A stretch of 64,000 nucleotides of DNA from an uncultured delta proteobacterium (GTDB lineage Bacteria > Desulfobacterota > Binatia > Binatales > Binataceae), in assembly GCA_963794325.1 (NCBI GenBank), contig CAWCDG010000004.1:768001-832000 (forward strand). Reading direction: 5' to 3'. The notes beneath the pieces are model-generated. The model saw only the letters and a program-made list of their open reading frames with translations, did not search any database and was not told where the DNA came from. Positions within the stretch are counted from its first letter, which is position 1; every line of letters starts with the position of its first letter. Positions 1 to 9,378 of this stretch are shown here, in pieces. The position numbers were made by a program, and so were the translations under genes.

Positions 1-1029
1 GTGATCGACCGACTTCATTCCGACCAGAGCGACGTCCACCCCCGGCGTCGATCGCACGAACTGGATCGAGCGCTGCGCGTCGGTCGCAAAGCCACTGAAC
101 GCGTTCGCGACGATCGGCGGCAGCCCGCGCGATAGCTGACCTTGCAGTAGCGATGCGCTCGCGCAGACCGCAAGTCCGAACGCCTTGGCGGCAGCCAGCG
201 GGGTTGCCTTGCCGGCATGCACGAACTGATTCGAGCGCGTGACGGCCTCCGGCATCGCGAGATTGTACGGCAACTGGATCGCGCGAAAGTGATGCGCATC
301 GCCGGCGACTTCGCGCGCGGTTTTCATCAGCTCGTCGAGCGACAGCCACCCGCGCTCGGTCGGCGCCGCGCGGAAGCCGTTCCAAGTCGCAGTCCCGTAC
401 ACGCCGATCTTCCCACTCGCCACCGCAGTTTCCAGGAACTCGAAAATGGTCTTGATGCGCGCGAGGAAGTCCTTGCGCTCGATCGCCTCGAGCTGCGTCT
501 CGGGATTGTGGATGTAATAAATGTCGATCGTTTCGAGATTCAGGTTCTTGCGCGACAACTCGAGCATCGCGCCGATATACTTCGGCGTCATGCAGTGCGA
601 TCCATCGACCAGGTCGGCCGGCGCGACGATTCCGGTCTTCACGTAGTGATCTTCGAACCACGCGCGCGGATTGGCCGGCACCTCACCATCGAACGTGATG
701 TACCCGCCCTTGGTGGCGACGATCACCTCCTCGCGCGCGATCTCTCCCGCCGCCACCAACTCGCCAATCGCTTTTCCGATATTCCGTTCGCTGCGCTGGA
801 ACCGGTAGTTCACCGCCGTGTCGATCAGATTGATCCCGCCGCGGAGACTCGCCTTGATTGCCTCTTCATAAGCGCGATCGGTCTCGTCGTCAGGCTCGCC
901 AAGATAGGTGCCGATTCCGATCGATGAAACCGACACTCCGAGCGCCGGCCGGAAATTTCCGGGCAGCGTCGGAAACCGGTTCGCGTACGTGGCGGTGGCT
1001 TCGGCGGTCGCGCGCCCTTTGAGCATCAT
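1..1029 (-). CDS. aldo/keto reductase (3' end runs off window start)
   Basis: Hand translation MMLKGRATAEATATYANRF...SSIGIGTYLG...GINLIDTAVNY...VIVATKGG...IDIYYIHNPE, with AKR D/Y/K/H tetrad motifs; frame open to position 1 (not in ORF track). Confidence 0.88.
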   Translation of the reverse strand, partial: MMLKGRATAEATATYANRFPTLPGNFRPALGVSVSSIGIGTYLGEPDDETDRAYEEAIKASLRGGINLIDTAVNYRFQRSERNIGKAIGELVAAGEIAREEVIVATKGGYITFDGEVPANPRAWFEDHYVKTGIVAPADLVDGSHCMTPKYIGAMLELSRKNLNLETIDIYYIHNPETQLEAIERKDFLARIKTIFEFLETAVASGKIGVYGTATWNGFRAAPTERGWLSLDELMKTAREVAGDAHHFRAIQLPYNLAMPEAVTRSNQFVHAGKATPLAAAKAFGLAVCASASLLQGQLSRGLPPIVANAFSGFATDAQRSIQFVRSTPGVDVALVGMKSVDH

Positions 1030-1096
1030 GAGGTTTCTCCCGTGGAAGATATGCGCGCTTGTAGCGACTCAGCTCTGGACTTTACTGAAAAACCCT

Positions 1097-1486
1097 TCAC
1101 TGAAAAAACTGCGGACTGATCTTCGGTTCGTAGAGCGCCTGGATCACGTTGCCGTCGGGATCGCGAATGTAGAATGACACCGAGCCGTCGCGATGATGCT
1201 TGAGCTCGTGCACGATCTCGATGCCCGCACTCTTCGCCCACGCGTATCCCGCCTCGACGTCGGCGATTGTCGGCACGATAAACCCGAGATGGTCGAGGCG
1301 CTGCTTATCGCCACCAAAGTCGCCGCGATGCAGCGCGAGGTTGTCGCATCCCGAGCTCAGGTAAGCGTTGTCCGGGTCGGGCTGCCATACGATCTTCATC
1401 CCGAATACACGGATATAAAAATCTTTGGCGCGCTCCACATCGGAAACCTTGAGCGCCAGATGCCGCATGCCGCGATTCTTGATCAA
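1097..1486 (-). CDS. VOC/glyoxalase family protein
   Basis: MRHLALKVSD...FYIRVFGM...LDHLGF...SFYIRDPDGNVIQ; probable TTG start overlapping the upstream TGA (alternative ATG at 1468). Confidence 0.85.
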   Translation of the reverse strand: MIKNRGMRHLALKVSDVERAKDFYIRVFGMKIVWQPDPDNAYLSSGCDNLALHRGDFGGDKQRLDHLGFIVPTIADVEAGYAWAKSAGIEIVHELKHHRDGSVSFYIRDPDGNVIQALYEPKISPQFFQ

Positions 1487-2124
1487 CTCTGTCCCTCGCG
1501 CGTTTTGTATCCCACCACCGCCCAAATCGGATCCGACGGCGGCGCGGTCGGCGCGCTCCGATCGATAAAATCTATATTCTCAAACGCGCCCGACTCCATA
1601 AAGTAGCTGCCGACCAGCTTGCCGTGGTCGTAATCGTCGAGACTCTGCCAAATCGCAACCGCCTTGGTCGGGAACATCCGATTCGAAAACGTCGCGATGA
1701 ACGGCGCGCCGGGCTTGAGCACCCGCCCGACTTCCGCGAACGTCTCGAGCGGCCGCGTCATGTACTGCACCGAGACGGTGACCACCGCGCCGTCGAACTC
1801 GGCGTCGGCGAACGGCAACCGCGGCACGCGATTGAGATTATGCACGACAACCTCGGTCAGCGTCGGATTATTTTCCATCTCCGCGCGATTCATCCCGAGC
1901 CCGACCACTCGCGACGGCCGGATATGCGCCGGCAGATGCGACCGCCAACTGCTCATCAAATCGAGGATCGCGCCGCCTTGGGGCAAGATTTGCGCGTAAA
2001 TCTCACCGACCTTCGCGATCGCGCCGTCGTCGATATGCGTGACGAGCCGCGGGACCGAGTAAAATACCTCATCATCGTCGTCATCGACGCGTCTGAAGAA
2101 ATCTGCGGGAAGTTGTGTCGGCAT
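1483..2124 (-). CDS. class I SAM-dependent methyltransferase (type 11-like)
   Basis: FY..PRLVTHIDD, ILDLMSSWRSH, SVQYMTRP, FSNRMFPTKAV motifs. Confidence 0.85.
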   Translation of the reverse strand: MPTQLPADFFRRVDDDDDEVFYSVPRLVTHIDDGAIAKVGEIYAQILPQGGAILDLMSSWRSHLPAHIRPSRVVGLGMNRAEMENNPTLTEVVVHNLNRVPRLPFADAEFDGAVVTVSVQYMTRPLETFAEVGRVLKPGAPFIATFSNRMFPTKAVAIWQSLDDYDHGKLVGSYFMESGAFENIDFIDRSAPTAPPSDPIWAVVGYKTREGQS

Positions 2125-2322
2125 CCTGAAATCCTGTTTTGAGCGCCTGTTGATAGGTTTCTTTTATCGTTAAATATCAGTTACTTAGCGTGATTTTCCG
2201 AGAATTTACCGAGCGTCGTTGACACGCTTCCCGCCGGTCACTTAAAGTAAAACACTTTTACAATACCGCGCGGAGACTCGTCCTGCGAATCTCAATCCGA
2301 AGCCTAGACAGACACTGAAAAA

Positions 2323-3105
2323 ATGGTTCGACGCGATAAAACTAATTACGTAATTCAATCCGTCGCCCATGCGCTCGACGTGCTCGAGCAGTTCTTCGGC
2401 GACGTCGATGAACTCGGCGTTACGGAACTTTCCAAGCGCCTCAAGCTGCATAAGAACAACGTCTTCCGGCTGCTCGCCACCCTCGAAGCGCGCGGTTACA
2501 TCGAACAGAACAAAGCCACCGAAAATTATCGCCTCGGCATCAAGTGCCTGCACCTCGGTCGCCGATACATCCACCATATGGGCCTCGTCAGGCAAGCGCG
2601 CCCCATCCTTACCGATGTCGCCCGCAAATGCCGCGAAAGCGCGTACGTCGCGATCGTCCGGCGCGACGGCGTCGTGCCACTCGAAGCCGCCGAGGCCGAA
2701 GATCGTGCCGTGCGTATCACGCCGCCAATCGGAATCACGCTCCCGCTGCATTGTACTGCAGCCGGCAAGGCGCATCTCGCCTTCGACGCCGAAGGCCAAC
2801 TGAAATCCGCGCTGCCCGAGTCGCTCAAGCGTTTCACCGATCGCACGATAGTCGATCGCGCGATGCTTTTGGCGCAGCTCGAAGCAGTCGCGCGCGACGG
2901 CTACGCGACCGACTCCGGCGAGTTCATCGAAGAGGTTTCGTCGGTAGCAGTCCCAATCCGCGACTACACTCGCTCCGTCGTCGGCTCAGTAACGGTTGCA
3001 GGCCCGACCTACCGCATCGGCCCCGAACGAATCACCGCCGAAATCGCCCCCAGCCTGCTAGACGCTGGCCGCGAACTCTCCCACCGCCTCGGCTACAACG
3101 AATAA
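2323..3105 (+). CDS. IclR family transcriptional regulator
   Basis: IQSVAHALDVLE HTH, RLLATLEARGYI, LPLHCTAAGKA, VAVPIRD. Confidence 0.95.
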   Translation: MVRRDKTNYVIQSVAHALDVLEQFFGDVDELGVTELSKRLKLHKNNVFRLLATLEARGYIEQNKATENYRLGIKCLHLGRRYIHHMGLVRQARPILTDVARKCRESAYVAIVRRDGVVPLEAAEAEDRAVRITPPIGITLPLHCTAAGKAHLAFDAEGQLKSALPESLKRFTDRTIVDRAMLLAQLEAVARDGYATDSGEFIEEVSSVAVPIRDYTRSVVGSVTVAGPTYRIGPERITAEIAPSLLDAGRELSHRLGYNE

Positions 3106-3109
3106 CAGA

Positions 3110-3166
3110 TGCGAAACCCTTCGCGGGTTTCACACTTCCGCGGCAGGGGTGACCCCTGCACCCAGT
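3110..3166 (+). repeat. double-hairpin repeat family A, copy 1
   Basis: GCGAAACCC-TTCGC-GGGTTTCAC...GCAGGGGTGACCCCTGCACCCAGT; similar copies at 5480, 6518, 29821 (rc), 33706 (rc). Confidence 0.85.
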
Positions 3167-3202
3167 GATAGTCGCGAAATGTTGAGGACGCCCCTTCTGA
3201 TT

Positions 3203-3344
3203 CCCTCCCACGTCGTGGGGGGAGGGTTAGGGTGGGGGACAATTGGGCGGCGCGATTATCCGTGGCGCCGCATATTCTGAATCCGGAAATTTTGTCCCCC
3301 ACCCGACGCTGGAAGCGTCGACCTCCCCCCACGAACGGGGGAGG
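3203..3344. repeat. REPIN-like paired palindromes (CCTCCC/GGGAGG family B)
   Basis: Perfect 13-bp IR GGGTGGGGGACAA (3230-3242) / TTGTCCCCCACCC (3292-3304) flanked by CCTCCC..GGGAGG hairpins. Confidence 0.7.
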
Positions 3345-3347
3345 CAG

Positions 3348-3383
3348 GATCCGGGATTCTTCGCTTCGCTCTGAATGACACAA
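3348..3383. repeat. REP-like family C (GATTCTTCGCT.CGCTC.GAATGACA)
   Basis: Near-identical copy at 33628-33664; degenerate copy near 29915-29954. Confidence 0.75.
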
Positions 3384-3564
3384 GGACCAGAGACACAGAG
3401 GTTTCCGCTTGCCAACCTTTGCGCGGCCGCCCTCTCATTAGTATTGTTTGACTGGTTAGCCGACCATTGTTAGAAATTTTGCGTTTATCGGCTCGATTCC
3501 CTGTGCCACTGTCTGTTCTCAGAATTCTGTCGATGCATGAAACCGTGCGTGGAGTTATAAGGCT

Positions 3565-4308
3565 TTGAAAATCCTGGTTCCAATCAAGCGAGTTCCCGAT
3601 CCCGCGACCACTATCCGCGTGCTGCCCGACGGCACCGGTATCGCCACCGACAACGTCAAATGGGTCATCAACCCGTTTGACGAAATCGCCATCGAAGAGG
3701 CGCTGCGCATCAAGGAAAAGCAGACCGGCGAGGTCGTGCTTATCACGGTCGGGCAGCCGACCTCGCAGGAGCAATTGCGCACCGGCCTCGCGATGGGCGC
3801 CGACCGCGCGATCCTGGTCAAGGCGGATGCGCTCGACTCGCTTGCGATCGCGCGAATCCTCGCGAAAATCGCCGGCGACGAGAAGCCCGACCTCATCATA
3901 TTGGGCAAGCAGGCGATTGACGACGACGCGAACCAGGTCGGCCAGATGCTCGCCGAGATGCTCGGATGGCCGCAGGCCACGTTCGCATCGAAGATTGAAA
4001 TCACGCCCGAAAAAACTTCGGTCGTTCGCGAAGTTGACGGCGGCCTCGAGACGATCGCATTCAAACTCCCAGCCGTAATCACCACCGACCTGCGCCTCAA
4101 CGAGCCGCGCTACGCGTCGCTGCCGGGAATCATGAAAGCCCGCAAGAAAGAGCTGAAGGAGGTCGCGGCCGATAGCCTCGGCGTCGATCTCACTCCTAAG
4201 CTCAAGATAAAGACGATGGCCGCTCCGCCCAAGCGTCAGGCCGGACGCAAAGTCGCGTCGGTGCAGGAGCTGGTCGCGGTCCTTCACACCGAAGCCAAAG
4301 TTATTTGA
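3565..4308 (+). CDS. etfB: electron transfer flavoprotein beta subunit
   Basis: MKILVPIKRVPD, INPFDEIAIEEA, GKQAIDDD, LNEPRYASLPGIMKA; TTG start after GGAG. Confidence 0.96.
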   Translation: MKILVPIKRVPDPATTIRVLPDGTGIATDNVKWVINPFDEIAIEEALRIKEKQTGEVVLITVGQPTSQEQLRTGLAMGADRAILVKADALDSLAIARILAKIAGDEKPDLIILGKQAIDDDANQVGQMLAEMLGWPQATFASKIEITPEKTSVVREVDGGLETIAFKLPAVITTDLRLNEPRYASLPGIMKARKKELKEVAADSLGVDLTPKLKIKTMAAPPKRQAGRKVASVQELVAVLHTEAKVI

Positions 4309-4317
4309 TTACGAACC

Positions 4318-4473
4318 TAGCAGGGTGTTTTAGAGAGTGCCGACAATGAATCGTTCCGTTATTTTGCCCTCAATACCCTGCGTAAAATTGGCTGCCTTCC
4401 TTAAACTTCTCTCCCGCTCTTTTGCGGGGGAGACAGAGAGGGGGGCAGCCTGTGATTCATCAACAGGCTGCTA
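4318..4473. mobile_element. putative MITE-like composite insertion between etfB and etfA
   Basis: Ends TAGCAGGGTGTT / AACAGGCTGCTA (10/12 inverted match, TA at both ends), with internal hairpins including a family-B unit. Confidence 0.5.
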
Positions 4474-4499
4474 CGATTCCGAATCCGGAGTGAATTGAA

Positions 4500-5474
4500 A
4501 TGGGTGACGTTCTGATTTTCGCGGAGCATCAGGGGGGACATTTCCCCAAGACGACTTTGACCGCCGTTCACGCGGGCCTCGACCTGGCGAAAAAGCGCGG
4601 CGGCAAGGCGATCGCGGTCGTCGCGGGCGATGCGCCCGAGTCGGCCGCGGGCGAGATAGCCAAGTACGGCGTAGCCAAGGTGATCGCGCTGGCGCATCCC
4701 GCGCTGAAGAACTATCTCGCCGACGCGCATGCGCAGGCCCTCGCCGCGCTCGCAAAGAAAGAGAACGCAGAGTTCCTTCTCGCGACCGCGACTGCGATGG
4801 GCAAAGATTTGTTCCCGCGGCTCGCCGCACGCTTGGGTGCTCCGATGGCCTCGGAAATTACCGCAATCGACGACGAACATACCTTCGTGCGCCCGACCTA
4901 CGCCGGCAACGTGATGGCGACGGTCGAGCTCGACGGGCCGATCAAGGTATTGACGGTGCGCGGCACTGCATTCGACGCTGCCAAGCCGGGCGACACAGTT
5001 GCTCCCGTCGAGAAGCAGGATGCCGAGATCGACGCCGGTGCGCTCAAGATGGAATTCGTTTCGTTCAATGCGACCAAGAGCGATCGCCCGCAACTCACCG
5101 AGGCGCGGATCATCGTATCGGGCGGCCGCGGCCTCAAGTCCGGCGAGAATTTCAAGACCGTGCTCGAGCCGCTGGTCGACGAGATGGGCGCCGCGATGGG
5201 CGCTTCGCGCGCCGCGGTCGATGCGGGCTTCGTGCCCAACGACCTGCAAGTCGGACAGACCGGCAAGGTGGTCGCGCCGGAACTTTATATCGCAGTCGGG
5301 ATTTCAGGCGCGATTCAGCATCTGGCCGGGATGAAAGACTCGAAGGTCATCTGCGCGATCAACAAAGATGAAGAGGCGCCGATTTTCGCAGTCGCCGATT
5401 ACGGCCTGGTCGCCGACCTGTTCAAAGCAGTCCCCGAGATGGCCGAGGAAATCAAAAAGCTCAAGCATTCGTAA
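4500..5474 (+). CDS. etfA: electron transfer flavoprotein alpha subunit
   Basis: SGGRG, GASRAAVDAG, QVGQTGKVVAPELYIAVGISGAIQHLAGMKDS. Confidence 0.97.
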   Translation: MGDVLIFAEHQGGHFPKTTLTAVHAGLDLAKKRGGKAIAVVAGDAPESAAGEIAKYGVAKVIALAHPALKNYLADAHAQALAALAKKENAEFLLATATAMGKDLFPRLAARLGAPMASEITAIDDEHTFVRPTYAGNVMATVELDGPIKVLTVRGTAFDAAKPGDTVAPVEKQDAEIDAGALKMEFVSFNATKSDRPQLTEARIIVSGGRGLKSGENFKTVLEPLVDEMGAAMGASRAAVDAGFVPNDLQVGQTGKVVAPELYIAVGISGAIQHLAGMKDSKVICAINKDEEAPIFAVADYGLVADLFKAVPEMAEEIKKLKHS

Positions 5475-5479
5475 TTTTA

Positions 5480-5536
5480 GCGGAACCCGCCGTGGGTTCC
5501 GCGCCTCCTTGGGCAGGGGTGACCCCTGCACCCAGT
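5480..5536 (+). repeat. double-hairpin repeat family A, copy 2
   Basis: GCGGAACCC-GCCGT-GGGTTCCGC...GCAGGGGTGACCCCTGCACCCAGT, 5 nt after the etfA stop. Confidence 0.85.
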
Positions 5537-5558
5537 GTTAAGAGATGAGGCGCGCGCG

Positions 5559-6521
5559 ATGGCTGAACTGCAGCACAAATTCGTCGAGACCAACGGCATC
5601 CGGATGCATTACGTCGAGCAGGGCAGCGGTCCGCTCGTTGTGATGTGCCACGGTTGGCCGGAGTCGTGGTACTCGTGGCGGCATCAGATTCCTGCGCTCG
5701 CGGCCGCCGGCTTCCGCGTCGTCGCGCCCGACCAGCGCGGTTACGGGCAGACTGACGCGCCCGCGCCGATCGAGTCGTACAACATCCTGAACCTCGTCGG
5801 CGATATCGTAGGGCTGGTCAACAGCCTCGGCGTCGACTCGGCGGTGATCGTCGGTCACGATTGGGGCGCGCCCGTCGCCTGGAACTCAGCGTTGTTGCGG
5901 CCCGACATCTTTCGCGCGATCGCATTGCTCAGCGTTCCGTATGCTCCGCGCAGTCCGATGCGTCCGACTGACGGGATGAAGGCGCTCGCCGGCGACCAGC
6001 ATTTTTACATGCTCTATTTCCAGGAGCCCGGCAAAGTTGAGAAGGAACTCGACGCCGATCCGCGCCGCTCGATGGCGATGGTCCTCTACTCGGCGTCAGG
6101 CGACGCGCCGCGCGACGGCGAGTTCTCGTTCCTGTTCCCCAAAACCAAAAAGTTTATCGAGACTGGCACGGTGCCGGACAAGCTGCCGTCGTGGCTGACG
6201 GAAGCCGACCTCGATTTCTTTGCCGGCGAGTTCAAGCGCACCGGCTTCCGCGGTGGAATCAACTGGTATCGCAATACTGATCGCAACTGGGAGCTGACAC
6301 CGTTCCTCGACGGCGCCAAGCTGCGCCAGCCCGCGGTGTTCGCCGCCGGTGAGCATGACGTGGTCGGCAAAATGATCCCGGGTGGCTACGAGTTCGCCGG
6401 CGCCTTCACTCCGAATCTGAAAAAGAAAGTGATAATCCCGGGCGCCGGCCATTGGGTGCAGCAGGAGCGTCCGAAAGAGATCAACGAGGTCCTGATCGAG
6501 TTCTTGAAGAGTCTGAAGTGA
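5559..6521 (+). CDS. alpha/beta hydrolase, soluble epoxide hydrolase (EphA-like)
   Basis: HGWPE motif, GHDWGA nucleophile elbow, GHWVQQE catalytic His. Confidence 0.92.
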   Translation: MAELQHKFVETNGIRMHYVEQGSGPLVVMCHGWPESWYSWRHQIPALAAAGFRVVAPDQRGYGQTDAPAPIESYNILNLVGDIVGLVNSLGVDSAVIVGHDWGAPVAWNSALLRPDIFRAIALLSVPYAPRSPMRPTDGMKALAGDQHFYMLYFQEPGKVEKELDADPRRSMAMVLYSASGDAPRDGEFSFLFPKTKKFIETGTVPDKLPSWLTEADLDFFAGEFKRTGFRGGINWYRNTDRNWELTPFLDGAKLRQPAVFAAGEHDVVGKMIPGGYEFAGAFTPNLKKKVIIPGAGHWVQQERPKEINEVLIEFLKSLK

Positions 6522-6571
6522 CACCTCTCGGTGGGTTTCACACTTCCTTGGGCAGCGGTAGCCCCTGCGCC
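6518..6571 (+). repeat. double-hairpin repeat family A, copy 3 (degenerate; overlaps stop codon)
   Basis: GTGACACCTCTCGGTGGGTTTCACACTTCCTTGGGCAGCGGTAGCCCCTGCGCC. Confidence 0.7.
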
Positions 6572-6622
6572 TTAGCAACTATTCGGTTCATTGCTCGAAC
6601 TGCGTGTTCCCTGGTGCTTGCG

Positions 6623-7873
6623 ATGGTGGTCGGGCTGGGTGAGGTACGAGCGCAATCTGCTGCGTATGCGGAGCCGAGCGCGTCCGCGAGTCCGCCTGCG
6701 GTCGCTGAACTAAAGCCCGACACGATTATCGCCGCGGACAACGTCGATCATTACGCACGCTACGTTCCGGCGGCCGCCAAATTTGCGATTGCTCATGGGT
6801 TCCGGATGCGGGTTCTTCCCGAGCGGCGCGTCGAATGGTCGCAAGGCTTTCAGCACGCGACTGAAAAATATGCCGCGCAGGTCACCCTCGACAGCGACGA
6901 CGACATCAAGAATTACATCGCCGGCATGCCGTTCCCGCTGGTCAACGCGACCGATCCGAAGAGCGCCGTGAAGATCGCGTACAACTGGCACATGGGACCG
7001 TTCATGCCGGACGATTTTTCGATCGCGCCATGGAGCAGCAATGCGTACGCATCCGATCCCGCCAACGCGACGAAGATCGTGCCGAATTCCGATGCCGACT
7101 ATGCCTGCGAGCAGTTCGAGTTTCTGCGATTTGCTCATCGCACCGACCTCGATCCGCGCCCGACGATCGGCGCCAACGCGATGGGCGTCGAGTGGAAAGC
7201 GAAATGCAATCGATGGACTAACGATTTCTCCGGCAGCGCGAGCGAAGGCGCTGGCATCTGGGTGCGTTACCTCGACGCGAAGCATCCCGACGAATTTTTC
7301 TCGTTCAATGAAGCGTCGCGCCGTGTCCGGCGTAGCGCGGTGAACCTTGCGTATCCGAACGAGTCCTGCCGCGGATGCCACCAGCCGTTCTGGGCTTACG
7401 CTCTGCCCAAGACCGAAAATTATTCATATCGACTGCTCGGCACGACGACGCTGTTGGCGTGCCTCGCGGCCGATGACGAGCCGGCCGGATTCAAGACTGG
7501 CGCGTCGGGATTGACGCTGAGCGAAGAGCCGTTCGAACTTCGTCACGCATACATCCTCGAGATGCGCCCGCGATTCCCCGAGGGTTCGTCATCTGCGATG
7601 CGCACGGTGATCTATATCGACAGCGAGGTGTACGTCTGGTTGGCCGCCGAATTTTACGATTCGACCGGCCTGACTGCTACCGCTATGCCGCTGTGGCGGA
7701 TGCGGCCATCGTCGGAGGGCGGCAGCCTGTTCGATCTCGCGGGCAGCTTCTATCATCCCGAGAATCGCGGATCGTTCTTCCGTTCCCTGGTTCCCGCACA
7801 CAACGAGTTTAAACAGGTGATCAATAGCGGCGACGTGACCGAAGGCGCGTTCAATCCGCTGATGATGCGCTGA
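6623..7873 (+). CDS. exported DUF1329-like protein (start uncertain)
   Basis: NYIAGMPFP..DP..AVKIAYNW and RRVRR motifs typical of DUF1329; N-terminal signal-like segment; contains CRGCH. Confidence 0.7.
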   Translation: MVVGLGEVRAQSAAYAEPSASASPPAVAELKPDTIIAADNVDHYARYVPAAAKFAIAHGFRMRVLPERRVEWSQGFQHATEKYAAQVTLDSDDDIKNYIAGMPFPLVNATDPKSAVKIAYNWHMGPFMPDDFSIAPWSSNAYASDPANATKIVPNSDADYACEQFEFLRFAHRTDLDPRPTIGANAMGVEWKAKCNRWTNDFSGSASEGAGIWVRYLDAKHPDEFFSFNEASRRVRRSAVNLAYPNESCRGCHQPFWAYALPKTENYSYRLLGTTTLLACLAADDEPAGFKTGASGLTLSEEPFELRHAYILEMRPRFPEGSSSAMRTVIYIDSEVYVWLAAEFYDSTGLTATAMPLWRMRPSSEGGSLFDLAGSFYHPENRGSFFRSLVPAHNEFKQVINSGDVTEGAFNPLMMR

Positions 7874-7996
7874 GCCAATAGCTGCTTGTTATCAACAGGA
7901 GCTAAACAAGCAGTTAGAAACTCAAGATCCCTTCTTGCTGCAACTCTGCCCCCTTTATATATAGGTCAGCTATGCTCTCAGGGGGGAACCACTGGT

Positions 7997-8263
7997 ATGG
8001 CGACGCGAGGATATCCGTTTGCCTCGGCAGATGAACAGCTGAAGCTTAGCGTTTGGGCCAAAGGCAAAATCTCCGATGGGTACAATGGGAATTTCTACCG
8101 CCGTGACGTATTCGGCTCCTGGATGCAGTATAGTGCGCATGGCGAGACGCTGTCCCACTTTGGTTGGGAGATAGCCCATATCAAGCCTATCGAAGGAGGC
8201 GGAACTGACGACCTTTCGAATCTTCAACCACTCCAGTGGGAGAACAACCGCAAGAAAGTTTGA
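7997..8263 (+). CDS. small stand-alone HNH endonuclease-like protein
   Basis: VWAKG...RRDVFG...GWEIAHIKP..GGTDDLSNLQPLQWENNRKK. Confidence 0.8.
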   Translation: MATRGYPFASADEQLKLSVWAKGKISDGYNGNFYRRDVFGSWMQYSAHGETLSHFGWEIAHIKPIEGGGTDDLSNLQPLQWENNRKKV

Positions 8264-8316
8264 AACCCTGAAAGCCGGCCCTTTTAGCCACAGCGTCTGA
8301 CAGCTATTGATTGGTG

Positions 8317-9378
8317 ATGCCCCTCGACGACGACGTCACAGCAGTCCGCGAGCCTCATCGCTTTGACCAGTCTCGTCTCGAACGTTACCTGCGCGACCAC
8401 ATGCCTGACTTTCGCGGTCCGCTCACGGTTCGCCAGTTCGTCGGCGGGCAATCGAATCCCACGTTTCTCATCGAGACTCACGACGCGCGCTTCGTGATGC
8501 GCAAGAAGCCGCCGGGTACTCTGCTTCCGTCGGCTCATCAGGTCGAGCGCGAATATCGAATCATCAAGGCGCTCGCCGCGACCGACGTGCCGGTTCCACG
8601 CGTTCATCTGCTATGCGAGGACGCCGGCGTCATCGGCACGGCGTTCTTCGTGATGGACTTTGTCGAGGGACGCGTCATGCGCGATCCGATTATGCCCGAT
8701 TCGAATCCCGACGAGCGCGCCGCGTGCTACGACTCGATGAACGACGTGCTCGCGCGATTGCACCAGGTCGATTTTCGCGCGGTGGGGCTCGGTGATTTCG
8801 GCCGCCCCGACGGATACGTTGCGCGGCAGCTCGCTCGATGGACCAGGCAGTATGAGGCTTCGAAGATCGACGAGATTCCCGAAATGGATCGCCTGATCGA
8901 TTGGCTGAACCGCCACATTCCCACGGCGGACGAGACCACGATCGCGCACGGCGACTACCGCATGGAGAATCTGATCTTTCATCCCACCGAGCCGCGGGTG
9001 ATTGCGGTGCTCGACTGGGAACTCTCGACCCTGGGGCATCCGCTGAGCGACCTGGCGTGGGCCAGCCGTCCGTACCATTGCCCGCCCGGCATCGAAGGCG
9101 TGCTGAGTTTTCAGGGGATGGATCTGAAGGCGCTCGGAATTCCGGGCGAACATGAATTCCTTGGCGCATATTGCCGCCGCGTCGGCCGGGCCAGCGTGCC
9201 CGATCTGACTTACTTCGTGGCGTTCTCATTTTTTCGCGGCGCCGCGATCGCGCAAGGAATTGCGATGCGCGCGAAGCTCGGCAACGCCAGCGGTCCCGAC
9301 GCCGCACTACGCGGCGCGAAGGCGCGACAGACCGCGGAACTCGGCTGGGCTGTAGCGCAGCGTGCATCGAAATCGTGA
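8317..9378 (+). CDS. phosphotransferase (APH/ACAD10-like kinase domain)
   Basis: QFVGGQSNPTF, RKKPPG.LLPSAHQVERE, HGDYRMEN, VLDWELSTLG. Confidence 0.92.
   Translation: MPLDDDVTAVREPHRFDQSRLERYLRDHMPDFRGPLTVRQFVGGQSNPTFLIETHDARFVMRKKPPGTLLPSAHQVEREYRIIKALAATDVPVPRVHLLCEDAGVIGTAFFVMDFVEGRVMRDPIMPDSNPDERAACYDSMNDVLARLHQVDFRAVGLGDFGRPDGYVARQLARWTRQYEASKIDEIPEMDRLIDWLNRHIPTADETTIAHGDYRMENLIFHPTEPRVIAVLDWELSTLGHPLSDLAWASRPYHCPPGIEGVLSFQGMDLKALGIPGEHEFLGAYCRRVGRASVPDLTYFVAFSFFRGAAIAQGIAMRAKLGNASGPDAALRGAKARQTAELGWAVAQRASKS

Noticed and set aside
217-927. 236-aa plus-strand ORF
   Set aside because: Antisense shadow of the aldo/keto reductase; no motifs
3110-6571. Three similar repeats as a CRISPR array
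   Set aside because: Separated by whole genes, no regular spacers, no cas genes
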